Origin: Monocercomonoides exilis PA203
Taxonomy: Eukaryota > Protista > Preaxostyla
Length of the DNA stretch: 64,000 bases
NCBI GenBank assembly: GCA_001643675.2
Contig: LSRY02000043.1
Location: 558,001-622,000 of the forward strand
Direction of reading: 5' to 3'
Positions within the stretch are counted from its first letter, which is position 1. Each line of letters begins with the position of its first letter. Position numbers and translations under genes: made by a program. Shown here in pieces: positions 25,009-36,728 of the stretch. Under the pieces are notes generated by a model, which did no database searches, had not been told where the DNA came from, and saw nothing but the letters and a program-made list of their open reading frames with translations.

Positions 25009-25264
25009 GGGTGATTATTTTTGTAATCATATCTTTTATCCGGGTCTGAGTTTCAAAAGTGTATTTGTTATGAGCTATATATTTTTCATTCAAATATTGA
25101 ATGGTGTTTTATTGTTTGAAAATCAGACGTTTTATTTAATAGAAAAACAGTGGAGTCTTTATTTAACTTTGTTAATATTCATTGTTCATTTACAACTAAT
25201 AAATATGAATTTTTTCGATCCGACAATTTTCACTGAAGATTTATGATTTCTAAAATAATCACCC
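25009..25264. mobile_element. 256-bp GGGTGATT-family MITE, TSD ATAT
   Basis: GGGTGATTATTTT...AAAATAATCACCC with ATAT on both flanks. Confidence 0.9.
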
Positions 25265-25869
25265 ATATTAAAGATTTTTTTTTTGTTTTTATACATTTAT
25301 TTTTATTTCATCTATTTTCTATTTTCTATTTTTTCACCCACTATCCTCTCATTCTTGTTTTATTTTATTTTAATATTTTTTCTTTGTTATGATGTTTTTT
25401 TTCTAAACATCTGCGTCACATGACTTTTGACGTGAACATTTTTGGAGTGTCGTGAAGTGACAGAAAAAATATTTTTATTCACTCATTTTTTTCTAATTCC
25501 ACTTTTGTAAAAAATAAAAATTATAAAAAACAATTGATATATTTTTCTCTTTTATTAAATGTAATTAAGTGTGTTACTATAACAAAAATTATTATTGAAA
25601 TGTTCATATATAATATTTTTTGCACAACGGGTTGTGTCGTGATCATTTTTTTATGGTATATATACCATGTCACTCGCGTCACTGCCTGTCACTGACGTGA
25701 TTTAAGTAAATGGTCCATTTTTTCAAATGTTCGTGTTTTTAACTTGTTAAAATATATTCATTAAAGATTTCAACTGGTTAAAATTTTTGTATTTATCGTT
25801 TATGAATAATTTTTATTTTTTCATTTTTTCTTATATTTTTTCTAACTTATTTCAATCTTTAAAGTATGC

Positions 25870-27640
25870 CCTTCACATAGATATGGATCGGACAAAATAT
25901 GTGCTTATCAAAACTCAAACAATGGCAGGAGTTTAGAGGCTGAGTATCAGAAGCGAATAACGGTTCGGAGAAGATTGGACGTGCCGTAGCGTGCGAGGTG
26001 CTGTGGGAATTTGTCAGCAGGCATGGGATGTTGAAAAGAGCAGAGCAGCAACAGAGTTGGTTGTGATGGAGTCACAGTTATTCATGTTTTCAATGATATT
26101 TCAAAATTGAAATGGGAGATTGAGGAGGAAAGAGGGATGCGTGCTGGTGGTTGAGGAGTGTGTGGTGAGATGGGAGGAGCTGACAAAGATCGATATGCAG
26201 GTGATCCAACAGAGGAGGGAGCGTGCGGAGGTGGGGAGCACAGCAGTGAGCGATATGTTTGGTCCTGGGAGCAGATGCGAGCTGAACCGGATGGTTAAAC
26301 TGCAGGCGCAATTGGTGTGTTTTTCTGCTCCGTGCTTTCAAACGTCAGCTGGACAAGCAGCGGGGGGCAGGCGCGGCTGGAGCTAGCAGTGCGGGAGCTG
26401 GTGCAGTGAAGGCTGTACTTCCAGATAATTGTGCGGGGGGCAGATGGGGGCAAGCGGGTGAGGACATACCGTTTTGAGAGCACAGGGCAGAATATGGAGC
26501 TGCGGGGGTTCGGGAGAATCGGGCGGGAGGTGATTGAGGAGAGCGAGGCAGAAGAGGATGTGCTAGCGCGGGTGGTGTATTCGAGCGAGGAACTGACTGT
26601 GGAGGAGTGGAGAGGCGGGGAAGGGGGATAAGGGGGAGAAGGGAGGGCAGGTGTGGAGACAGGGAAGGATGAGGCAGGGGAAGGAAGAAAGTTCAACGCA
26701 ACAGCAGCAATTATCTGTGGAAAGGAGAAAGAAAGGGGTAGGCAGGGGGAGGGGCCTGTTTGAGCTGTATGGGTGGACGATCATACTGCATATTGAAGTG
26801 AGGACGGTGGGTGTGACAGTGGCGATGACTGTGGGGTTCTACGTGCAGCAGCGACGGAAGAGGAAGCAGCAGGAGCAGCGGCTTGTGCAACCCAAGGAGA
26901 TGGTAGAGTTGAATAGGAAGAGCAAAGTGTGGAACGGATGCTCCGAAAGCATAGAAGGAATTGAAGGTAGAGCTGGAGAAGAAAGTGGTGATGAATGATG
27001 GAGATCCATGATGGAAATAAAAAAGGGAATGGAGGACGTGGAAAGGGAAGAGTGGAGGGGAAGTGTGGGGTTTAGGAAGAGGAAGATTATTCTGAACATC
27101 AAGTCAGAGAATTGTTTGAAGTTGCGAATAAGAATGCAGGACGGATGCTGGAGCTGCTGCTGCACTGTGAGTAATTTTCAGAGAAAGTTGTGTTATGGGG
27201 TGTGCGCGGGTGCCATCACATCCTGCCGAGCGGGGAGTCCTGGATGCTGCTGATGAACTTGAACCAGTGAGCAGTGATGGTGAATGGACAGGATGTGGTG
27301 GTGAAGCAGGATGGGATCCAACGGCGAGGAGAGTTGCGGACGTCGGAGGAGTGGGAAACGCAGTCAAAGTCACCGGAGATTTTTGCAAGGGAAGGCTATG
27401 GAAAAGAAATGAGGAAAAGGGAGCTTAGGGAAATGGCAGAGGCAGTGCGGCTGGCGAAAAAGAAAAATAATAAGAATAAGAATTAGATAAAGATAAAGAT
27501 AAAAATGAAGATAAAGAAATAGAAATAGAAATAGCAAAAGAAGATGAGAAGAGGAGGAGGTGAAAGAAAAAAGAGAAGACGAAGAATTCAATGGATAAAA
27601 AGAAGAAAAAGAATATGATAATGATGACCAATGAATGTGA
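25870..27640 (+). pseudogene. Degenerate GC-rich host gene, probably a single-pass membrane protein
   Basis: G-rich coding-like block with many stops; hydrophobic stretch followed by a basic QQRRKRK stop-transfer-like sequence in ORF 26651-26998. Confidence 0.45.
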
Positions 27641-27946
27641 AAAAAAGGATAAAAATCAGAATGGCCTTTAAGAATTGCTATTACACACATTGGTATTTCA
27701 TTCATTCAAAAAAATGTTCACATATGCGAGCGGAACAACTGACAAATGAAAATAAAGAAACAAATTAAGAATACAGAAAACAAAATAATTTATAATTTTT
27801 GAAATCATTTTTTTTATATATGAAACAAGAAAGAATTTTGTTCTTTATTCATGGATAATGTTCCCTTGGTTCAAATTTATTTAAAAAAATTCGCATAATT
27901 ATTATTCTTGTTAAAACAAACTATTCTTAACAAAAAAGAATTAATT

Positions 27947-28186
27947 GGGTGATTCTTTTTGAAAAGTCACAAACGTTTAATTTTCAAATATATCAAAAAT
28001 ATCATATCTTGATCAAATTTCGGTTCCCGCTCATGCAACTTCACAGGAATGTGTTAAATGGCATTGTCAAATTATGTCCTCCGCTTTGGTAAAGTTGCAT
28101 GAGCGGGAACCGAAATTTGATCAAGATATGATATTTTTGATATATTTGAAAATTAAACGTTTGTGACTTTTCAAAAAGAATCACCC
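27947..28186. mobile_element. 240-bp fold-back MITE with perfect 95-bp arms, TSD AATT
   Basis: 27947-28041 is the exact reverse complement of 28092-28186; 50-bp spacer; AATT on both flanks. Confidence 0.95.
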
Positions 28187-28940
28187 AATTATCTATTGCA
28201 AATGACAATAAGCATAATGGAAAATCGTTAAAATATTGTCGATTGAAGAGAAAATTTTTTGTTCACAAGAATTTAATCAAGTTTGATTCTTTTCAAAAAT
28301 GACTATAAAAAAATATGCAAGATTGAAAATAGTTATTCGAAAACATTAACAAACAAATTATGCAATCTTGTTGCACATTTGAAGTGAAAGTTATAACCTC
28401 TGTGAAAGTGTGAAAAAGAAATGAAATGAAATAATTTTTTATTAAGGTTTATTGATTGAAAATTGTGCTGAAGTCTTTTTCGAAAATTAAAAATTGTTGG
28501 TTAGTGTTTTTTTCCTTTTCAAAACAAATTTCAAAAAATTGTTTGTTCCTATCAAAAATAAAAAATAAAAAATAAAAAAACTGACGGGCACTGATTGACT
28601 TGGTCTCGCCATTTCCAAGGTGACGCAGATGTTTATTTTTTTCATTATTACAAGTATAGGCTTATGGGTGGAACAAAAGTCCAAAGGTGAAATATTTCGT
28701 CCCATTTGCTTTTCATTCGTTTCGATCAGGTTTCATTTTGGTAATTTTAATAATAATAATTATAATAATTATAATAATTATAATAATTATAAACTGAATC
28801 ACAAGTTAATAAATCTTGAAGGCCAGAAACGACATCTGATCCTCTTTTTGTCACAAAAAACTGATCACTCCTATTTGAAATAGAGCAATTATTACAAAAA
28901 ATACGCATTTCAACATTTTGTATAATGAAAGCAAACATAT

Positions 28941-29166
28941 TGGATAATTCTTTTTGAATAGTCGCAAAAGTTTAATTTTCAAATAAAAGAATAATTTCAT
29001 TTTTTCATCAATACTCTGTACCCACTCATGCGATAACACAATTATAGAAATAATATCATTATTTAGGTTTTTGTATCCATTAAAGTGAAGTTTCAAACGT
29101 GGGAACAGAAAATTGATGAAAACGTGATATTTTTTTATTTGAAAATCAAACAAAAGGAAATTTTCG

Positions 29167-29230
<64 letters not shown>

Positions 29231-29237
29231 ATTTGTC
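28941..29237. mobile_element. Diverged fold-back MITE copy with a poly-A expansion in the right arm
   Basis: Shares TTTTTGAA.AGT...GTTTAATTTTCAAATA and ATTTGAAAAT.AAACAAAAGGAA arm sequences with the 240-bp family; ATAT at 28937-28940 and 29238-29241. Confidence 0.65.
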
Positions 29238-30199
29238 ATATCATAAATATCTCAACAATATTTGAAAGCAGAAAAAGAAGTCTCTCAAAAACAAAAGACA
29301 GTTCTTTTGGCTGATTCTTCCCTCCAAAATAAGTGTCGCAAAAATAATTATTCTTAAATCCATCCCACACGTCGAAATTATACGAAAAGATTCTAAGAAG
29401 ATGAAACAGATACATGAATGTTTTTTACAAACTATTCATTGAAGAAATGTTTTGAAATTTAAGATTAAGAGAAGCCATGCATTAACAAATGGCAGAAAGA
29501 GGACACATACCGCGATTGTTTTTCAAGTCTCTTTGAGAAGAAAGAAGCATGACAACGCAGGATCTTGTTTATCCTTTCGAAAACAATTAAGCAAATATTG
29601 AAGAAGAAGAAAAGTGAAAGATATGACGATCATTGTTTTATCAGAAAATTAATTGATTCGTTTTTTGAACACAAAATAACGTCAATAATACGTTTTTTTA
29701 TTGTTTGAATCACTTTTTTATTGTTGTTTAAGTTTGCATATGATGAAAAGAAATATATTATACTCGGTCATTGCTAAATGAGAAATGAAATAGTTTTCAT
29801 CATTTTTTTTCTTTTCTAAAATTCGAATAAATCTTTTATGAACGAAAATTTGGACAATGTTACAAACTCAATAAAAAAATTTATTTTTGTTTCATTTTGT
29901 TTTTTTCATGTTATGTCGCAATTTCTTCTCCACTTCCGACTTGAATTTTTCACGACATTTTTTTAAATAAAACATTTCTTCACACATGCAAACAAATTCA
30001 TTTTGACATTAAACCTGTTTCGAATGAAAGAGGAAAGATCGGAGGTTGGTGAATTTTGCTTTCATTAAAAACCTACGGGTTTCATAATGAGAAATCCCAC
30101 AAATTCACGTCAAAAAATTTTCAATGAAAAATTACAACTACTGAGCAATTTGCAATTTAATGTCAATATGGAAAATTAATTACTGTATTTGAATTTCTA

Positions 30200-31359
30200 A
30201 ATAATGGGAACGAAAAAATTACATATGAGCCAAATTGACGAAAAGGAAAAGCATACTATTGAAGTGTTGGATCAAAGAATACAGGAATCAGCTTTGCATT
30301 ACACAACTGACAAAATCAACTCCAAACTTTAAAGATCTTCGCAAGAATTAGAAGAAATCGTTGAAGAAAAAAAAAGGTCAAATTCCGACTGCAATAGAAT
30401 ATGAACCTATAAATATTCCAGATGATTGCTTGCAATTAGTTGAATGTGAAGTTTCAAAAACAAAAAGGAAGTGAGGACCTCAGAAAAAAGCTGTGGTACC
30501 AAAGATCAATACAAAAGAGAGAAAAAAGTACAACATGATTCCGAATAACATGAGGAACTTACAAAAAGCAGACAAGAAGGATGGAAAGACTCTCGCAGAA
30601 TTATCAGAAAAATTCAATGTTATTTTATTTACAGTTTCAAAAATTGTGCACGAAGAAGAGCCTCCAAAACAGCGAGGAGGAAAGGTTTGCGAAAAGATAA
30701 CAAAAGAAGCATCTTAAAAAAAAGGCAGAAATAATATATCAAAAACCAACGGTTGCAGCAAAAGAATAGGAAAACTCAGTTGCAGATGTTTGCACATCAC
30801 AGCTACTTGTTTCAGATGTTGCAAAGCACATCAATTCTAAAAAAAAAACAGAGAACATGAGTGTCAGGTTTTTTATGTGAAAAGATTGAGAAAATAAGAA
30901 AATGCAAAAGTGGACGAAAAAACTAAACAACTAGAAAAAGAATTCATCAAATGTTTTTTTAAAAAAAGAGAGAGGGGTGGAAAGATGATAATTTACATAG
31001 ATAAGACAGGATTTAATCCCTTGAACTGCAAACAGAAGGACGCTCACCAGCTGGTCAATGATGCATTCATTTTCGATAAAAAAAAAGTCGAAACAGTCCC
31101 TTCAATAACTGCAACTTGCGAATTCTTCTGTACAACGTGCTTGACAATTGTTGATAAAACAGTTAACGATCAAAGCCTTCGAGTGCTTTTGTTATCATTG
31201 ATAGAAGAGTCGGACACATTCGAAATACTTTTAAACGTTTTCGTTACAGATAATATTGGATAACGCAAAACAAAAAAGTCACAGATTTTTATTTTTTCGA
31301 ATAATGATGAAATTCAAACCATTGCATCAAACAGTTGTTAGTTGAATTCCTTTGAAAAC
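30200..31359 (+). pseudogene. IS630/Tc1-mariner-type transposase pseudogene
   Basis: HTH-like GKTLAELSEKFNV...TVSKIV followed by RGG; IIYIDKTGF (first D motif), FVTDN (second D), decayed ...LNSFENV (SPxLNPIE motif); multiple stops and frameshifts. Confidence 0.8.
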
Positions 31360-31617
31360 GTGTAATGAATTTTATAATCATAACTTTTTTCAAAATGTTG
31401 ATTTTTCAACTATTTTGTTTCTTCAGAGAAGAATTTTTTATTTGAAAGAAAGAATTTCAGAAAATTGTTTGTAATAACGGTATTTGAGATTATTTTCATA
31501 AAAATATGATTGTTGAAAAGAGTTGTAACTTTTCAGTGTTAATTTAATAATTATCCAATGGAATTCAATAACCGATAATATTTTTCAGAAAAAATTCGAT
31601 TGTAAAAATAATTACAC
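31360..31617. mobile_element. 258-bp diverged MITE (GTGTAAT ends) truncating the Tc1-like transposase
   Basis: Left GTGTAATGAATTTTATAATC vs right reverse complement GTGTAATTATTTTTACAATC; start resembles the 22014 element; TSD not conserved. Confidence 0.6.
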
Positions 31618-31847
31618 ATATCTAAATGGAAAAATATTTGAGAGCTTGAATCATAAATTATTTTGTTTTCGCCTTTTCTGTTTCAAGAATATTAGCTTGT
31701 TAATCGGCTTTATGAAGAATTTTCCAGTCTATTGAGAAGTAAACAAATTTTTACTTGATTTGATTGTGTAAAACACTGTTTGAGATCGTGCCAAAGTTTT
31801 TTATTCCTTTGTTTCCCCAAAACAGTTATCCCTATATAATAGACTAG

Positions 31848-32445
31848 TCCATGGGGCAAAAATGTTACCACACAGTAACATCACTGCCTATGGATATTTC
31901 ACAACATCCACTCCGTGTACTTGGTGAAAGGCCTGGTACGAACACTCCATTTTGGGTGACCAAATGGGTTATTCTGATTTACTGTAGGTTTCCCCCCTTC
32001 ACGAATTTTACAACACATACCGGGGATAAATGGGAGAATCTGTCACACTTTGGGAAACACAATATTCACAACAGGTCGCCAAAGATAAATGTTCCTTAAT
32101 AGACTTTTTTGTTTGCGAAGCAACACAAAAAAATGAACCAAGAACACTTTCACATGCACTTGGCGATTACAGCCCAAAAGAACATCCAGAGATTGTGCTA
32201 AACTAATCCAACATATTACTCTGTCAAAACAACCCATTCAGTCACTTGTATATTTAGAAGGCATACCTTATGCAGAAATGTTACTGCTCGCAAACATTTC
32301 TCCTTATAGCCCATAAACATACCTTATATATCGAAAAAAAGAATTCGGTTCGACTTTTTTTTGACTCTCAAAAATATAAGTATATAATATAAGCATATAT
32401 TCATAAGGCAGAAATGTTACCACTTAGTAACACTTCCGCCCAATG
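31848..32445. repeat. Three dispersed palindromic units GGCAGAAATGTTAC-N6-GTAACAyTTCyGCC
   Basis: Copies at 31848-31894 (spacer CACACA), 32268-32308 (spacer TGCTCG, more diverged) and 32402-32445 (spacer CACTTA). Confidence 0.85.
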
Positions 32446-32670
32446 TAAATACTAAGTCACAATATATTATATTTTTCTATATTTGCTTATTTTTTAAAAA
32501 GACAAAAACATACAAAGTATTATATTAATACCTCATATATCAGTCTTGGATTCGAAAGTGATATGACAAAAAGGAGTACAATAGAAAATAAAATAACCAA
32601 ATCAAAAAATAATAGGTATTCAATAAGCACTGAATACTCTGTTATCCCCGTTTAATTTGTTTATCCCTGT

Positions 32671-33246
32671 TTAGCGCTTTCCTTCCCATGTGCACGGGCA
32701 TCTTATATGCGGACATATAAGAGGCTCTTCCCTTTTGTCCCCTTGTCTGGCCAAGCGATGACATCTTTTTCGTGATTCATTCTCTTCGTGTGTTTCCACA
32801 GTCAGATTCAGAACGGTTGAATCACTATCCAGATGGCTCACTTCCAAGCCAGGCGGAATCTTCGCTCCCATGTTCATCCATCTCCATGCCAGATGGTGAA
32901 CTTCGACCTTCCAATTGCAGCCAACAACACATTGCACAGAAATCTGAGGATAAACACTTCGCTTATCCTTTCCAACTGTTTTGGTTCCAACAAGATTCAT
33001 TTTAATAAAGAATTCATTTCCGCGCTTAACCCTCGTGTTCATGCTTCTTGAGCCTGTAAGAAAGTTCGCCATTATAAAGTGTATTTCCACGAAATTGAAT
33101 TCGTTAGCTAGGGACTTATGTTCAGGCTTTTTCCAACTTTCATCCTTCTCATAATCTATTCGAGCATGCAAGGGATTGTAATGCTCCGAAAAGCCACCTT
33201 TATCACCACTTCTAGCGTTCTCATCGGCATCTTTCATGAACCTCAT
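32671..33246 (-). CDS. His-Cys box (His-Me finger, I-PpoI-like) endonuclease domain; C-terminal part of a longer disrupted gene
   Basis: YPQISV...VHHLAW...LEVSHL...L.VETHEENESRKRC...CPH..CPC matches the His-Cys box catalytic pattern (SHL, ExxxxNxxRxxC, CxH..C). Confidence 0.85.
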   Translation of the reverse strand: MRFMKDADENARSGDKGGFSEHYNPLHARIDYEKDESWKKPEHKSLANEFNFVEIHFIMANFLTGSRSMNTRVKRGNEFFIKMNLVGTKTVGKDKRSVYPQISVQCVVGCNWKVEVHHLAWRWMNMGAKIPPGLEVSHLDSDSTVLNLTVETHEENESRKRCHRLARQGDKREEPLICPHIRCPCTWEGKR

Positions 33247-34155
33247 CCACCATTCCCTCGTCTTCTTAGAAGTCGAGTTTCATTCCAAGCTACTTGGAGA
33301 TTTTATACTTGCCAGACTACTTGCCGATTCAGCTAAGAATCGGACAAGCTGGGATTCTTTAAATCCCAAAGTCACCGAAACAGGCAATTTCAAATCTCTT
33401 TTTGCTTGAACATATAGCCTGGTGGCTATGTTCATAAGACTGTCATTGGGAGAGTCTTCATTCGAAGCAACTTTCAAAATGAAAGGCAACTTCATTATCT
33501 CCGCTTCACAAAGGCGAAGATGAAAACGATCGTCCTTCAATTTTTGAATACACAAGGATTCCTCCTCGTATTCAAAGAATTGAAAACAGAAGTTGTTCTC
33601 CAAATCGTCACTTACAACGATTTTCCTTTCCTTTTTCAAAAAAGGAAGTGGCTTTTTGGTTTTTTCAACCAACGGGTCAATGTTAAAGGGTCCCCATCCG
33701 ACTAGAGTAGTTCATCCAAATAGGATAAACTTTTTTTTTTTTTGATGTTCTTCTGTATCTTCTTTTAAAGAAACAAGTCCCTGAACACATATTAAAAAAC
33801 AAATCTAACTGCAAACCTTCGTCATCACTGTCAAACATCAGAGACACCTCCATTGAGTCAGAACTGACATCAAGTTCGGTTGTCTCAGTGACATCGTCAT
33901 CCTATGGCAAAGTGTTTCGAAATTGTTGCAGTTGGGAGTTGCCAGTCGAACACTTTTCCTCCTCCTTTTTTTTATATTAACAGACTGATAAGCCTGAGAG
34001 TAAACCAGTTCAACACTCAGAGGCTCCTCCAGCGCAGCAGGCACCAGCAATCGCGGCCACTTCCTCACTTCATAGTCTTCGACAGGGGTTGGTGCCGTAA
34101 CCAATTTCCCTTCAAAATGAATGCAAAATACAAATCGACATGAGAAAAAAACCAA
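33247..34155 (-). pseudogene. Upstream part of the His-Cys box gene (in-frame TGA, probable 36-nt intron, frameshifts)
   Basis: ORF 33280-33672 is in frame with the nuclease ORF, separated by one TGA (...SPSSLE*NSTSKKTREWWMRF...); GT..AG T-rich segment at 33781-33816; further coding-like sequence 33838-34155. Confidence 0.55.
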
Positions 34156-34989
34156 CCTATATACTTGGTGGAATAAACTTTCTTTTCAATCCAACCCTCG
34201 GTAATGGAGTCGTTGTATTCATCCGCTTTGCTGTTCAAACATTGTTTGACTGTTCATTAATATTCAAACGATTTCAGAAAAGTGATTTGTTATTTGCATT
34301 CTTTGAATATTTAAAAAACAAACCAGATAATTGTTTTTTGAAAGAATTTCAAAAAATGAACAAGTATGATAGGTTTGTGATAAAATATACAAATTCAAAT
34401 TGTCCAACACAAACACATTTTTATTAATCGATAGGTACCTTTTGGATTCATATTCTCTTAGAGAATATATTACGAAATTTTTATTTTGAACAATTTATTT
34501 ATCAACACCGCAAAAGAATATTAATTTCAATGATTATCCATAAATTATTTCGAATCATGATTATTAAAATATCTTATATAAAAAAATTTATCAAAAGCGC
34601 TGAACAATATTTTTTTTAAAACATTTCCCATAATCACATACAGAGAAATTAGATTATATTGGTTATAATTTGATCTTAAAATTTAAAAAACCTTCTGTAC
34701 ATAAAGAGCATAACTTGTATTTTAATGAATATAGATGCATTAGATAGAAATTAGTTAGACATTAGTATATAGCACTTTATTTATCGGTATTGCACTGAAT
34801 TCTTTTGTTGTTCAGCATTTTGCAATTGTTATTTATTTGGGGAAAATTACTGATTATATTTAGTTTTCAGTTGATATAGAGCATTTGAAATTTATTGTGA
34901 AAGGGATGCAATGTTTCATTAAAAAATTACGTTTACAGAGAGTCTTTTTGCAACAAAAAATTCTTCTCCTTAAAGATGATCTATTTTCA

Positions 34990-36255
34990 ATATAATGAAT
35001 GGAGATTTCAAACAAAAACTGCAGACTCATTATCAATTGGATGGATTTTCGAATGACAATGCGAATTTTGATTTCTTAAAAATTCTACAAAATATGGAAA
35101 ATTATTGCCATCCAACATTAGAAAAGAATGCTTGTAGAAGAAAACCGAGATGACAAAATGCGACAAGTTGCAGGCACTTTTCAGATTTTACAAAAATGTT
35201 TCTCAATTTAAAGTGCAGAAGAAAGATCAACAAAATGCCAGTTGTACACATATGTTTTTTATTCAGCACCAAAAGGAGCAAAAGTCGCATCGACAAATCT
35301 TTTGCTTATGTCAATGACTAACGGAGCAGATTTTGATCGTTTGCAATACGTCAAGCCTTTTGTCGAATTGCGTAACACTCAAACTTCAGTTGAGAATGCA
35401 GCTGAAACTTTTTGGATCAAATGAACGAAGGATAAGATCCAAATGAATGCCATTTTTCTGGGGAAAAGAGCATTTATGGAATTAGCGTGGCTGAGGGCTC
35501 AGATGAATTGAAACAAAGCAGACCACTAACATTAAAGATAAAAGAACATGAGTCACCAGAATCTGGCACATTGACAATTCAAGAGGATTCAATCAAAAAT
35601 GAAAGCCTTTTTATTTCATGTCAATTCAAGAGATTGGAAATAACTTCAAAAGCTTGCGTTGGAGACGATGTTAAATCTATCCGCTTAGAGGATAAGAAAG
35701 ATTATCTTTTTGTTTTTAGTGGAAGAACTTGTGGAGTCATGGGATGTGCTACCATTGCATGTTCATCTGGAATGAGAATGGAATGGCTCGAGGGTTATGG
35801 ATTTCCGACAGCGTATGGACTCTTTTGTCATCGTTTACCATTCGAGAAGGAGTTTGGCGTTGCACATAGAGTGTTCGTTGCGATAGATCGAATTTTAAAA
35901 TTGGAGCCGCTTTGATTGAGGCTTTTATAATTTTACAAAATAATTGAATCGATCATCTTGGAGGGACAAGTGCAAAGTTCGATGGAAATATTCTTCGTTT
36001 CGAAAGCCATGTTGTAGCTTGTGAATTTCTAAATATTTCATGCGCAGTTTCATTGGAGATTGACATGAATAACAAAATTTGTGCAAATTTCATTTCGGAA
36101 AACGGCTCAAGAGTTGTTTGTTTCGTTTTCCAAATTCTGTGTTGATTGCCATAACAAGTGATAAATATGGGTTCTCGATTGCTTTGCATTCATTGTTAAA
36201 AGTGAAGAAGCCAATGCTCGAAGAGAAGCTTTCAGATGAATTTGTTGAAATGCAC
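34990..36255 (+). pseudogene. Degenerate unknown gene divergent from the nuclease gene
   Basis: Coding-like composition; ORFs 35242-35424 and 35487-35915 separated by a stop and frameshift; no recognisable motif. Confidence 0.4.
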
Positions 36256-36728
36256 TGAAATGGCAGTTAAATGCAGATTATATCGATGCTTGACCATACA
36301 GTTTTATTGAATTCTCCGAATATTTTTTTAACTGGTAGATTTTTTTTTTTAGATTTTTGAAATAAAGCAATGTGATATAAACATTTTAATTTTGTTTTTC
36401 CTGTGTCTTTCTTTCTGTTATTGTAATTTTTGATCAGTAAAGAAGGCTTCTTAAATTTTATTTTCTTCATTTTCCATTTTATTTTTTAGCAAATGGAAAA
36501 CATAAATCTCATGCAATATTCTTCTTTTGATTTTTCTTTTATGAAAAGACAAATGGATATTCTGCTGGATGAATGGCTTTTATTTTCAAAGAGAAAGCAA
36601 TATTTTGCTCAAAAAATAAAAGAATACTTTGAATAATCTTCTGAAAAATGTTGTTGAATTGCGATATGAATTGTTAAAAAAATACGCAAAATAAATCTTG
36701 AGTCATGAAGCGAAATCTATTTTGTTAT

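Noticed and set aside
22014-25264. Composite transposon of two MITEs enclosing the recombinase (ATAT on both outer flanks)
   Set aside because: ATAT is the commonest local TSD and each MITE has its own two ends, so coincidence is sufficient.
31848-32445. CRISPR-like array
   Set aside because: Only three diverged units with very unequal gaps (~370 and ~90 bp), no cas genes, eukaryotic context.
32671-33246. Group I intron/rDNA homing context for the endonuclease
   Set aside because: No rRNA sequence or recognisable group I core in the flanks.
30200-36300. Fanzor/TnpB or IscB gene beside the transposases
   Set aside because: No RuvC motifs found in any frame; the only nuclease recognised is the His-Cys box domain.
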